A stretch of 64,000 nt of DNA from the NCBI RefSeq assembly GCF_048593235.1, contig NC_133622.1, forward strand, positions 148,242,001 through 148,306,000, in the 5' to 3' direction. Positions 23,515 to 36,140 of this stretch are shown here, one piece after another. The translations under genes and the position numbers were made by a program. Each line of letters begins with the position of its first letter. Within the stretch, counting starts at the first letter, position 1. This DNA is from Sminthopsis crassicaudata (lineage: Eukaryota). The notes beneath the pieces were generated by a model. That model was not told the DNA's origin. It saw only the letters and a program-made list of their open reading frames with translations, and ran no database searches.

Positions 23515-25960
23515 ATTGAGTTGTATATTTTTCTCCTTCCTTTTTTCCCTCACAATCCTTCTCACTCCAATAAAGTTCTTTTGCTTTATTTTCTCCTTCT
23601 TGCTCCTTTGTTTAACCTCTACCAGCTACCTTGCCCTCCTATTTCTTAACCTACCTATCATTGACTTATTTCATACCCTTGACTTATTTCTTTTTGAATT
23701 TAGAAAACTTTTATTCCCTTCTAGATATATATTATTATCGCTTTAACCCATTTCTGATGAGATTAAGGCTCCAGAATTACCCACTCTCTTCCCATTAGCT
23801 TTTTCTGCCCCTTTATAATTGGGCTTTAAAGTTTACCTTATATTTCTCTTAGATGTTATATGTTGAGTTTTCCTTTGTCCTATTGTTTTTGACACAAATA
23901 TCTGAAAATCTTTTAATTTGTTAAATATTCTTCTCCCCATTTAGGATTATATTTAATTTTGTTGGGTTAAGTTATACTTGATTGAAATTCAAACTCTTTT
24001 ACTCTACAAAAATTAGTATTCCAAGACCTATGATCCTTTAAGGTAGTAAGTGCTAGGTCTTGTATAATCCTTTTTGTAGCTACGTGATATTTAAATCATA
24101 TATTGACTCTGATATTTCTGTAAGTTTTTTTCCTGGGAATCTCAGGTGATGATCAGTGGATTTTTTTTCTTTTCTATTTTTTGCTTTGCCTTTTTGTTCC
24201 AAAATTTCAGAGCAACTGTCCTTGATGATCTCTCATAATATTATATTGAGTGCCCCTTTTTATTGTAACTTTCAAATAGTTTTGAAGAGGTCAAATGAAA
24301 TAGCCCAAAACACAAATGATTAACAAAGAAATTCCTGTCTTTGATGAAGAGGTCAAAGGAGATAGCCTAACACATAAATGATTAATAGAATTTTACATCC
24401 TTAAGAGAAATTCCTGTCTTATACAAACTTCAAAGGATTTACAAGCCTCCTGAGGAACTTCTTTCTTATACAAACTTCTCTATATCCGAAGGAAGCAGAA
24501 AAATCCTTTGCAAATGCAAACTCTGTTTTATGATCTTGTTCGTGTATAAAATGAACCTCCAAAATTCTATTCCTTGCACTAGGCTTTCTACCTGGAAACC
24601 TTTTGCCCAGCGAGTTAGTGTCCTTTTCCTGGCAATTTGGCTTTTCTCCCTGGAGGCCAATTGCCCACTGCTCGGTGTCCCGTTCTTAATCAATAAATAT
24701 TTTGTTTTAACACAGCTTTGAGTAAGTAAATTCATTCATGAATCTGGCCTTGGTACTTTGGAGGGAGGAGGAGGAGAGAGAGATAATCAGACAGCCAGGA
24801 AAGAATCACTGATCTATCTCTGCCTTACTTTACCATGCTCTTCAGTCACCCTCTTCAGTTTGACTATTTTTGTATTATCCTTGATCTACATTCTACATCT
24901 GATTCTATAGATCTATTGTATTTCTGGTGTTTCTGATAAAATATCTCACATTTTCTTATATTTTTTCATTCTTTTGATTTGATTTTATTATTTCTTGGTG
25001 TCTTAGAACATCATTGACTTTTCTTTGCTTAATTATTGTTTTCAAGGTATTATTTTCTTCCTTAAGTTTTTGATTCTCTATTTCAAGTTGGTTGTCTTTG
25101 TTTTCACCCTTTTCTTAATTATCTTGGATTGCTTTGGGGACCACTTGATGTTTCTTATTGAAAAAGGAGTGCTTTTTTTTTTTTTTAAGCTTCATTACCT
25201 TTCTCTGAATATGAACCTGAGGAAGGGACCCCAAAACTCTAAAACTCCTTGAATTATTTTTATTTATTTATTTTCGGTTTATTTTGTTTTTAGTAACTAT
25301 TTTAGTACAATCAAGTTTTAATCCTGAGGTATGGGAAATGATGTCTCAAGCCTCAGGTTCTTCTTATTATTTTCTGAAGTCTGTGCTGGGCACAACTTGG
25401 GGCTTTCTTTTCACTGCTAAACCACAGAGCTAGGATTCCAGCCAGGGTGTTCCCTGTCATTCTTCATGTGGTTCCAAACTACAGCTGTTCTCTCTGCCCT
25501 AGAACTAAAGCCAGGAATTCTGCTCTCCTACAAGTGTGTACAGCCATCAGGTCCCTGTTCCTCTGCTGCACTCACTATTGTGTGCTAGCTCTTTTAGTGC
25601 AGCTGCTGCCTGAGATACATTTGGCTAGCACATCTGTGATTAGTTTCCTTCACAGTGGAAGGTTCTTCAATCTTCTATCTAGTCATCAGACCCCTGACTC
25701 TATCAGTGAGATGAAAGTTTCAAGTTTCTAAGACTGAGACCTCCTCTTAGCTCCCCCAATTCCCAGGGCTTCTTGTTTGTTGATTCTGCAGCATAAGCCT
25801 GGAGGTGTTTGCACTTAACTCAGGCTGAATTTCTGCCCCTTGGGGTCAGGTCTTTTTAAAAGTATTCTTATGTTGTCTTAGGAGAACAACTGCTTTACCT
25901 TAACTTTTGTTTATTTCCGCTGTTCTACATTCCCTCTGAGGCAATGTTTTGTCTTTTTTT
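23515..25960 (-). mobile_element. Old L1/HAL1-type 5' half (5' UTR, ORF1, inter-ORF), split by an LTR
   Basis: T-rich antisense ORF1 sequence colinear with 58800-59450 on both sides of the LTR at 24283-24857. Confidence 0.75.
24283..24857 (+). mobile_element. Solo LTR, class I ERV-like (4-bp TSD)
   Basis: Perfect 8-bp terminal inverted repeat TGAAGAGG...CCTCTTCA. TSD GTTT at 24279-24282 and 24858-24861. TATAAAA at ~24545 and AATAAA at 24692-24697. Confidence 0.9.
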
Positions 25961-26739
25961 GTAAAGAAATTTGAAGAGTCAAAAGTGTTTTGATCAGCTC
26001 TGCCAACTTCCTAGAAATGTCTTATGTATTTTAAAACGGTATTTAACAGAGATTTGTAGCTTCATATACCCTGTGCTTCTTTGTTTAAACATTTTTGCTG
26101 TCCTCAATAATGAAAAAAATTAAAACAAATGAAAACAGTTATTATACACTGAAATTGATACAAATACTAGAAAATCAAAATTACTTAGAAACACTTGATT
26201 TTAGAAAAGTACAGTTATCTCCTGTAATTCAATAAATTTTTATTAATCTGGAGGGGAGGAAACATAGAAATGTAACTGAAAAGTTGAAATGAATGAAACA
26301 GAAGGAAGAGAAAAGAATAATAAAAAAATAGATTTTATAAATAGCTTGGACAGAGCCAAAACTACTATTTCTACTTTGAATTTCAGATAAAAAATAGTTC
26401 AGTATTTTTCCCTTATGAAATCACAAAATCTTGAAGTTAGAACTATAGAATAAATTCATAAACACTTATTAGGTATTTAATAGGTAATGAAGTATTGTGC
26501 TCATAAGCTCTGGAGATACAAATATAGTTAGTTCAAATAAGGAATTCTCCAGAAGGTGTTACATATATCAAATTCACACTATTAAAAGTTATAATTATGT
26601 AAAATATGGTAATTAGTTCCAGCCCATTGGGAATAAGCAATATGAATTGGAATATTTCAACCACTTTCAGGAGATTCATTATTTTTATCAATCTGTATCT
26701 AGATGTACAAAAACAAAGTAAATGACATTCATAGAGTTA

Positions 26740-27240
26740 AGATTATGACCTTAGGAAAATCACTTTGGTGGCTGGATGGAGGCCCTATTGAAGTGGGGAA
26801 ATTACAATAAAGGCGTGAGGTGGTAAAGGCCTGTACTGGAGGAATGGTAGTGTCAGAAAAGAGAAGAGATGTATTGAGGAGATTTGCAAATGAAATCAAT
26901 AAGCCTTCACAATAGATTAACTATGATGGGTGAGAAATAGTAAGGAGTCAAGGATGATATCTAAATTGTGAGCCTGAGGTACTGGAAGGATGATGATGCC
27001 TTTTATAACAATAAGGAAGTTTTGGGGATGGATTGAGTTCAGGGGGAAAGATAATGAAATTGATTTTGGACATGTTAAATTAAAGTTATCTACTGGACAT
27101 CCAGTTCAAAATGTCTGAAAAGAAGCTGGAGATGTGAAATTGTAGGTCACTAGAGAGATTGGGGTAGGAAAAATAGATTTGAGAATTGTTAGCATAGAGA
27201 TGATAATTAAATCAATGGAAGCTGATGAGATCACCAATGA
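26740..27240 (-). mobile_element. L2 fragment
   Basis: Well-preserved reverse L2 body, colinear with 15680-16050 and 33950-34260. Confidence 0.75.
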
Positions 27241-27540
27241 AGTAGGAAAGTAGTATGCCATTAAATTATTCTCCCCTGCTGGTCAGAATTTAAAGTTCAA
27301 ATTAGCAATTCTTTCTACTATTTGTTTCTTGTTTCTTCATGATGAATCTACTACTCTTTATGTCCCACCCTTGTGTGAATAAAAAAAGCCCAAATAGCAC
27401 ATAAAAGGCCACTAAGACACCAGAAACCAGAAACTTGTTTGCTTTTCTATTTAACAGCCAACCAACCAACTACCAATCAATCAATCAATCAATCAACTAA
27501 ATGCTAAGGATACAAAAAGAGTCCTATCCTCAAGTAACTA

Positions 27541-28631
27541 ATTTTTTTTTAATTTTAATTTTTAAATTAATTAATTCTTTTTATTATAGCTTTTTATTTA
27601 CAAGATATATGCATGGGTAATTTTTCAGCGTTGACCCTTGCAAAACCTTCTGTTCCAACTTTTCCCTCCTAACCCCACCTCTTCCCCTAAACAGTAGGTA
27701 AACCAATACATGTTAAAAATGTTAAAGTATATGTTAAACACAATGTATGTATACATATCCATACAGTTATTTTGCTGCAAAAGAAAAATCGGACTTAGAA
27801 ATAAGGTAAAAATAACCTGAGAAGGAAAACAAAAAATGCAAGTGCACAAAAACATAGGGAGTAGAAATGCTATGTCATGGTCCACACTCATTTCCCATAG
27901 TTCTTTTGCTGGGTGTTGCTGATTCTCTTCATTATTGAACAAATGGACCTGATTTGGTTCATCTCATTGTTGGAAAGGGCCACGTCCATCAGAATTAATC
28001 ATCATATAGTATTATTGCTGAAGTATATAATGATCTCCTGGTCCTGCTCATTTCACTCAGCATCAGTTCATATAAGTTTTTCCAGGTCCTTCTCAAATCA
28101 TCCTGCTGGTCATTTCTTACAGAACAATAATATTCCATAACATTCAGTTTCCAGTTTCTGGCCACTACAAAGAGGACTGCCACAAACATTTTTGCCCATA
28201 CAGGCCCCTTTCCCTTCTTTAAAATCTCTTTGGGATATAAGCCCAGTAGTAACACTGCTGGGTCAAAGGGTATACACAGTTTGATAACTTTTTGAGCATA
28301 GTTCCAAATTGTTCTCCAGAATGGTTAGATGCATTCACAACTCCATCAACAATGTATCAGTGTCCCAGTTTTCCCATATCCCCTCCAACATTCATCATTA
28401 TCTTTTCCTGTCATCCTAGCCAATCTGATAGGTGTGTCTTAATTTGCATTTCTCTGATCAATAATGAGTTGGAGCATCTTTTCATATGGCTAGAAATAGT
28501 TTCAATTTCATCATCTGAGAATTATCTGTTCATATCCTTTGACCATTTATCAATTGGAGAATGGTTTGATTTCTTATATATTAGAGTCAATATGTCTATA
28601 TATTTTGGAAATGAGGCCTTTATCAGAACCT
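27541..28631 (-). mobile_element. L1 3' ~1.1 kb (ORF2 C-terminus + 3' UTR)
   Basis: Minus ORF LLLGLYPKEILKKGKGPVWAKMFVAVLFVVARNWKL. Inserted in an L2 tail with a degenerate TSD (CCTCAAGTAACTAA / CATCAAATAACTTA). Confidence 0.9.
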
Positions 28632-28789
28632 TCATCAAATAACTTATAATAATATTGAGATTAGACTTGATAAACTTTGCTTCTGGATTTCCTGTGATTG
28701 ATTTTGAAATTCTCTGGTTCTTTCAAGGATGTTCTGATTTTCTGTCTTCCCAGTTTAAATTATTTTAAAGACTTTAGTGAACTACACTA

Positions 28790-29006
28790 CAGGTTATCAA
28801 ACTCAGGATACTGAAGCAGAAATCAGAATAAAATGTAATTTTGAAATATTTGACAAAATAAATAAAAATACATAGATAGATAGAACATAAGTGATAATAA
28901 TAATCATTAAATGTTATTATATGTGTTGTTAAGGCAATCTGTGGCCTGCAGGGATCCTTAAGTATAATTTGGTGATCTCTATTTCTGTTTGAGTTTGACA
29001 TCACTG
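28790..29006. mobile_element. hAT-like MITE
   Basis: Imperfect TIRs CAGGTTATCAAACTC and GAGTTTGACATCACTG with an AT-rich interior typical of marsupial non-autonomous DNA transposons. No 8-bp TSD recovered. Confidence 0.55.
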
Positions 29007-29617
29007 TTAAGTGGCTAGGTCCCGATAGTCATAAAGTCAAACAAAAACATAACACATAATTCTTCATCATTGCTATATCTTGCTTATTTTATTGGATTTC
29101 TAATCTCTGTTGTGAAAGCATAATTCATAACTCCTTCTGGTTTGTCAGAATGCTGCATACTATCAATATATTACCTCTATTTCATCTTCCTTAAATATTC
29201 ACCCAAAGCTCCTTACTATTTCTACTTTATTAAGGCAATGCTCAAGCTCAGTTGATCCAAGAAAATCACCCACCTCTGGTTAGAGGGCTAGACTCTAGCA
29301 TTCTACTGCTTAGGAAATAAAAAAACCAGAAAGTCAGCATTTAGGATCATTGCCCATGAAATCTTTCCTTGGTCTAAGTATGCAAGGACTGGGCAACTGA
29401 CTTGTACAGGTTCAGAGAAAGGCAGCTCCCCCAACAAGGGTCCATTCTCCTGAATCCTCAACATTCAGTCCATCACTGAAATTTATTCTCTAGATGGGTC
29501 AAGGAAAATTCCAACCAGTTAGTTCATCTTGGGACAGTTTTCATTCACTAAGACTTAAGTCTTAGTCACAGTTTTTATTGTAGTAACAAAATGACTCCAT
29601 AATCTATTTAAGAGACA
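29005..29617 (-). mobile_element. Possible old solo LTR
   Basis: TG...CA ends and minus-strand AATAAA near the left end. No TSD. Confidence 0.3.
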
Positions 29618-29715
29618 AGGGAATTGGATCTGTCATTTCAGTGGCATAGGGGACTCCCAGAGGAGGAAATTCCCTCTAGTAATTCAAATGATCATCTCTG
29701 CAACGTATTATCTTA

Positions 29716-30124
29716 TTATTATTTTAAAAATTTTATTTTATTTTTAATAGCTTTTTATTTACAAGATATATGCATGGTTAATTTTTCAGCATTGACAGTT
29801 GCAAACCTTTTGTTCCAACTTTTTCCCTCCTTCCACCCACCCCCTACCCCAGATGGCAGGTTAACTAATACATGTTAAATATGTTAGAGTATAAATTAAA
29901 TACAATATATGTATACATGTCTAAACAGTTATTTTGATGTACAAAATGAATCAGACTTTGAAATAGTGTACAATTAGCCTGCAAAGGAAATAGAAAATGC
30001 AGGCAAAAAAAAATAGGAGTATTGAGAATTCTATATAGTGGTTCATCGTCATCTCCCAGAGTTCTTTCGCTGGGTTCAATTCATTACTGCTCTATTGGAA
30101 CTGATTTGGTTCATCTCATGCACT
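29716..30124 (-). mobile_element. L1 3' end inserted into a CORE-SINE
   Basis: 11-bp perfect TSD GTATTATCTTA (29705-29715; 30125-30135). Same 3' UTR family as 27541-28631. The host SINE resumes after the TSD. Confidence 0.9.
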
Positions 30125-30831
30125 GTATTATCTTAGAGAGTTGCTTAGAGCACTGAAAAAGTTAAATGAATTACACAGGATTATATTGACAATTTGAGTT
30201 AGAGAGGAGAATTGAACCCAGATGGGATTAGAAGGCCATTCTGCACACTTTATGGCATACTGCCTCTTACAGAGGAGATAAGCTCAAGAACTCACCTGAT
30301 CTCCACCCACCTGTTCCTTACAAGTGAAACAATGACCACATAGTCTGGGCATTCATAGACTCTTTCAGACCCAGGTCACTCATAACTTGTCTAGGCACGG
30401 CTCTAGAAGAAATTCTTAGATACAGTTTAGTCATTAGATTACAGATTTAGTCATTCTTACCAGGAGCTAAAGCATTCCAAATCCAAAAGCCTGGCAAATA
30501 TCCTGAATACTTTCCCATTGAAAGAATAAACATTTCTGGATGAATATCCTGTTGGTGTCTTCTGGTGGGCTTTGTTAGCTCTGACTTGATGGAGTAAGGT
30601 ATACTTCCCACAAAGAAGTGAAAGACATCCTAGGTGTTAGAGCTGGATGGATTTTTGTACATCACCTAGTCCAGATGAGGAAAATGAGACCATGGAAGTT
30701 GTGATCTGCCAAGTTTACACAAGCAGTAAAGAGCAGAGACAGGAAGTAAGCCAGTCTGACTCTCTTTCCATTATGCCGTTATACCACTTACTTAAGATTC
30801 AGTGACATTTATGACATTTAATTTCTCCTTA

Positions 30832-31070
30832 AGGACAGCAAGGTAGTACCATCGTGCATAGAGTGCTGAGCCTGTAGTCAGAAAGAGTCATCTTCTTGCA
30901 TTTATATCTTATTAGCTTGTGTGACCCCAGAAAAGCCACTTAACCATGTTTACCTCAGTTTCCTCATCAGTAAAATGAGCTGGAGCAGGAACCGGCAAAC
31001 CATTGCAGTATCTTTGCCAAGAAAACCCCAAATGTGTTCACGAAGAGACTGAAATGAATGAACAACAGCA
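30832..31070 (+). mobile_element. MAR1-type CORE-SINE
   Basis: Head, core and tail present. Confidence 0.8.
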
Positions 31071-31728
31071 ATCAATTACCTCTTTGTAGTACTCATTTTA
31101 TTATCCATGTTCTGTATATTAATTATGTATACTTTTGGGTAGTTTTCTTACTTTAATATGATACATAAAATGCATTTACAGAGTATTAAAAATAACAACA
31201 CATTTTGGGTAAGTTATTATATTAAAAGTTTAATGAAAAGATTCTATATTAGTAATGAGAGAACACTTTTTAAACTTGAAAACATTTATGCAAATTAATT
31301 TATTGTAGGACTTAATTGGAAAGAGGTTTCTTGAAGAGAGAAAACCTCCAGAAGTTGTGTTACTATTTCTCAGCCAGCAAATCTCATTAATCTTCCCCAA
31401 ATCACAAAACCTTTGGTTTGGCAATGAAAGGGTCCTTACAGGTCACATAGTCAAACTCCTTCTTTGTTCAAATGAAGAAATTGAGACCCAGGTAAGTTTT
31501 AAAAGCTTTCCCAAGATCACAAAGGAAACCAGAAGATTTAGGAATCAAACTCAGAGCCTGTAACCCCCAATTCATCACTCTTTAACTTCATTATCTTTCC
31601 TTTTAGGATAAACTTCCAAGTATTTTCCTTTTACATCTAAGTCATAGTGAAAACAGATGAAGAAAATTTGTAGACTGGGAAGTGAGTATGTTAATTAGCA
31701 TCAAGGAGAGAAGCTTCTATATATTTTC

Positions 31729-31920
31729 TTTTTTTTTTTTTAATTTTTAAAATTTTTTTATTTTTTTATTTTTATTCATTTTTCCAAATTATCCCCTCCC
31801 TCCCTCCACTCCCTCCCCCCGATGACAGGTAATCCCATACATTTTACATGTGTTACAGTATAACCTAGATACAATATATGTGTGTAAATACCATTTTCTT
31901 GTTGCACGTTAATTATTAGG
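31729..31920 (-). mobile_element. Very short young L1 3' end
   Basis: Poly(T) plus L1 3' UTR. Perfect 19-bp TSD GAAGCTTCTATATATTTTC (31710-31728; 31921-31939). Confidence 0.93.
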
Positions 31921-33469
31921 GAAGCTTCTATATATTTTCAATGAAGGAACGAGTTAGATTTTAATTTCTTTTCTTTTAAAAAAAACAAATTTTAGCCAGT
32001 TCATTTGTCTTACCAACCTTAAAGTGCTGTATAAATGTGCTAGCTATTATCTGTCAATAATTCAATTTAAATGCCTCATTTCTCATTAACTATTAATAAC
32101 TAAAATGAGGCATTTGGTCCTAACATTGAGCTGATAGCAATAGATGAATTTACCAAAATTATCACAATATCAAGTGTCTACTGTGACATCCCAGGGGATT
32201 TAGCTGTTCCTTGCCCCTGTTGCTCTGACGGAAGTAGATATACACAGCACCAAATCACCAACAGGATTCAATTACAATATATTTAGAAACATAGCTCCTT
32301 TCATATCATAGCACACTCTTGACAAACAGTTGGACTCCTAATGAAAATTGCTCATTCCTTTTCCCTTAAATCTAAAAGCTTCTTGGTCATCATATTGTTT
32401 GATAAAATGTTCATATGTCCTCTAATTATATCTCCTTTTAGGTTACGCTGTGAAGAACAAAATTCTATACTTTAATTATCTTTATTTCCAGAGCAGTTTA
32501 AGCCTGTCAATTGCAGAGAGAAGACTTATCAAATCATCAGATGGCAATTCTGGAAGGAAAATTGGAAATTTAATCCCCCATTACACAGATGAAGAAACTG
32601 ATGTGCAGAGAAGTTAAATGAGTTACCCAAAATGTGTGAAGAAAAAAAATGGTGATTTTGAGCCTAGAATTAAGGCATTCTCATACCTAGTCCAGGGTTC
32701 AAAATTCCTAAATCAATTTTTAGATTCAATACTGAATTCCTAGGAAGAAAAAAACTGGTATCACCTATTTTTTCAAGTAAAAAATCTAGACAAATATTGT
32801 AACACAAAAAGCTATTGTATGATATTAATAAACTCCAAATCTCAAACTTCTTATATCTTTTGTGTCATTTATAGAAACAAATTGTTTTCTTGTTTCTCAA
32901 TTACATTTTCTTGGTCTTAAGGATAAGTGGGAGGAAAACTTGATATAGTTTATTATTAGATAGACTCAGGTATCTGGTGTGAGAGTATATTGAGGTAAGA
33001 TGACAGATGTAAAAAATAATCAAACCTTTCAGTAATTTACTTAGAGATACAGCAGACAAAAAGCAATGGCTACATGTATTTATTTTTTCTCATCTGTCAT
33101 CAGGCAGTGAATCAAAAACTTCCTGTTGAAGCACTTATCTTGACCTGACAGATGGAAACACAGTTGTTACCCTTTATGTAGGATAGGTATCAACAGGAAC
33201 ACTTGGTTAAAACAGATTATGGTGGCAGAATTCTTTACTAAGAAGAGCCATTAGGCCCCTTTCCTCACAAAGGATCAAAAGAAGTATATCACTAATGACT
33301 ATTGATGAAGGCACAGTTTGGTGTTTGGTGAACCATGTTACTGACCAAAGGAAATTGGCTTCATGATATTATATTCTATTTTGAACTATATTCAGTGGGC
33401 ATCCTATCTCACCAGCTCTGAATTTATATCTGTAGCATTTTCCTCAACAATCAATAGTATCAATAACCA

Positions 33470-35110
33470 TTTATTATATACAGATAGTCAATGAGGTATT
33501 GGGGAAGGATAACACATGATCCCTGTGCTCATGTAACTTAATGCCTAACAGAATTATAAAATACCAATGATTTATAGTTAATAAAACTATGCAACAATGA
33601 GAAGATAAACAAAGCAAATGCAAAATGAGAAGATAATCAAAGCAAAATGTTAGGGACAGAGAACATAACCTAGTGTGGGGATAAGGGATGGCTTCCTGGA
33701 AGAGGAGGGCTTTAGGTGAACTTTAAAAGATGTGTTATGGATAAATATGGGATAATGTGGATGTATTGGATAAATGTGGAATAGATGAAGAAGTGAAAGC
33801 AGGGCACTTCAGGCTTAGGGAATAGTATAAACAAGGAAATGGAGATTGGAAAGGCAGGGGACATTTTTCAAAGACTTGGAGTAGAAGAATAGGAGTTTTT
33901 ATTTTATTTGGTAGGCAAAAGAGAACCACTAAAGATTTTTGATTTTTCTATGAATAAGAAAGATTTTTCTGGCAGTGCTATGAAGAATTAGTCAAAGAGA
34001 GAAAATACAAACAGGAAGAACCTTCAATAGGTTATTTCAATAGTTCAAGTGTGTGATAATTAGAGCTTGTACTAAGGAGAATGGGATCAAGAATAGAGAA
34101 GAGAGGACAGACAGAAGAGACATTGCAGAAATGAAATTGTTAGGACTAAGTAATTAATTGGCTCTGAACGGAGGAGAGGAAGGAGTAAAAAATAATACTA
34201 ATATTACAAAGATGGGAGACTAACTGAATGTTAGTGCCACAGATCTAAATAGTGAACTAAGGAAGTTTTAAGTGAAAGTTTATGGAAAAGATTATAAGCT
34301 CATTTGTCACATGTTGGTTTGGAGTACCAGTGGAATCGCCAGATGGAAGAGTTCTGTAGGCAGTTAGATTTGGAGCTGAGAAGAAGGATCAGAAACAGAG
34401 AACAACAATAGCAACAACAAAAACAACAATAATATTTATATAGTGATTTAAGGCTTCTAAAGCCCTTTCCATATATACTTTTTTCTTGCAATGACTCTGT
34501 ATGGCAGGTGTTATTATTCCCCTTTATGCTGTCCCCCTGTCCCATTTTATAGATGATGAGACTAAGGCTGGCAGAGATCACACAATTAAGGGTTTAAGGC
34601 AGAATTTGAACTTCTGATTCCAAGTTCCGCTTTCTTATCTACTGTTCTATCTATATAGATTTGGAAGTGTCAGCATAAGGTTGAAGTTGTTGGTAGAAGA
34701 AATTGCCATGAAAGAAAATGTCAAGGATCCTTGGGAAACATTTACATCAAAGGGTTGGGAGGAGCATGAGAAGACCATGAAGACAGAAAAACCAATTAGA
34801 AGCCTAAACAAGATAATATAGTGATTTTGAGTCTGGGGAGTCAACAGTGTTAGAAGTCATAGAAAGTCAAGGAGAATGAGAACTGAAGGGAAAAAAAGCA
34901 AGCATTGGATCTGCCACTAGGGATCTGCTATTAAAGATCTGTCATTAGGAATCCATCATTATGGGTTCATTGGTGAGCTCAGAGGAGTTTTAGTAGACTG
35001 AATACAGATGAAGTTATAATTTCTAGATTCTGAGAAGAGACAGAAAATGGAAGAGTAAATGTATTTGATATAGATAACTTCTTCAAAGAAAAAAAAAGAG
35101 GAGAGGGATA
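33470..35110 (-). mobile_element. L2 (long, interrupted by a MIR at ~34430-34650)
   Basis: Continuous reverse L2 tail and body motifs on both sides of the MIR. Confidence 0.65.
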
Positions 35111-35779
35111 GTACCATGTTGTAATTCTTTTTACTTTTTGCTCTGTTCCTAGCTTTAAGCTGCTAGTATTTACTCAGGTGTTTACATTAATCCCATCTAA
35201 CTTTCAGTAAATATTTTCCTTTCTTTTCTTTTGGGATCAGTGATATCATGATTTTTGGGAATTCCCAAGGAGGAAACTCCCTCAACCAATGTAGATTGGC
35301 ATCTTCTCTGAAACTTAGAGAGTTACTCAGGGAACTGAAAGATTAAATGGTTTGTCTATGTTATATAGCCAAGATATGTCAAAGGTGGCTTGAAAACTGG
35401 CATCCCATGTTGACTTAAAAAGGCCAGCTAATAAACATTTATTAAGCATCTATTATGTGCCAGGCAGTATGCTAAGTGATGGGGATACAAAATAGAAGAA
35501 AATCAATCTCTACTCTCAAGAAACTCACAATATAACGTGGGAGACAACATGCAAATAAAATATGTGCAAATAAGCTGTATTCATGGCACATGGACATTTT
35601 CTATGCAACTGGAATAAAAATAAAAAATAAAATAAATAAATAAAAATAAAATTTAACCAATTTTATTTGTTATATAGATTCTGTTTGGCACTTTGTTGTA
35701 TCATGTTGTACCCATGATTCCATGGAGTACTGGGTAGTTTCTTCTACAAAACATGTTATACCCCTTCTTATCTCATATA

Positions 35780-36140
35780 ATTCTTGTCTCCATCTTTCCA
35801 TAACTTCTTTACCTAGAAGGCATCTAAAATTCTCATTTTAATATCTTGGGGTTTCCAACATATCACTTGAACTGTCCATCAGTTGTCTCTAATTCTTACC
35901 ACATGACTAGCCCTCACCCCCACCCCTTTCCTGTCATGCATTTCCTATCTTTTATATAACTTTCCATATACAAGTAATTTCTGGTAACTTTTTGGAGCTT
36001 GCTCATGCTCATCATGCGTCTTTCCATTGCCCTCTGGGTTATCTGGGATCTTGGTTCTTCTGAGAATGTAGTATTGGTGATTTGTAGCTAGCCTCATTGG
36101 AAGGATATTGGTATTTGTGGTGACAAGCATTTGGGATCAC
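35780..36140 (-). mobile_element. RTE-clade LINE 3' fragment
   Basis: Minus-strand frames give RAMERRMMSMSKLQKVT and ASHVVRIRDN*WTVQVICWKP, the RTE C-terminal RAMER / WAGHV.R..DNRWT motifs. Confidence 0.8.

Noticed and set aside
35945-36130. 61-aa ORF first considered as a filovirus-NP-like endogenous viral element (such elements are known in marsupials)
   Set aside because: Other frames of the same strand give clear RTE LINE motifs (RAMERRM, HVVRIRDN*WT). The ORF is an off-frame by-product.
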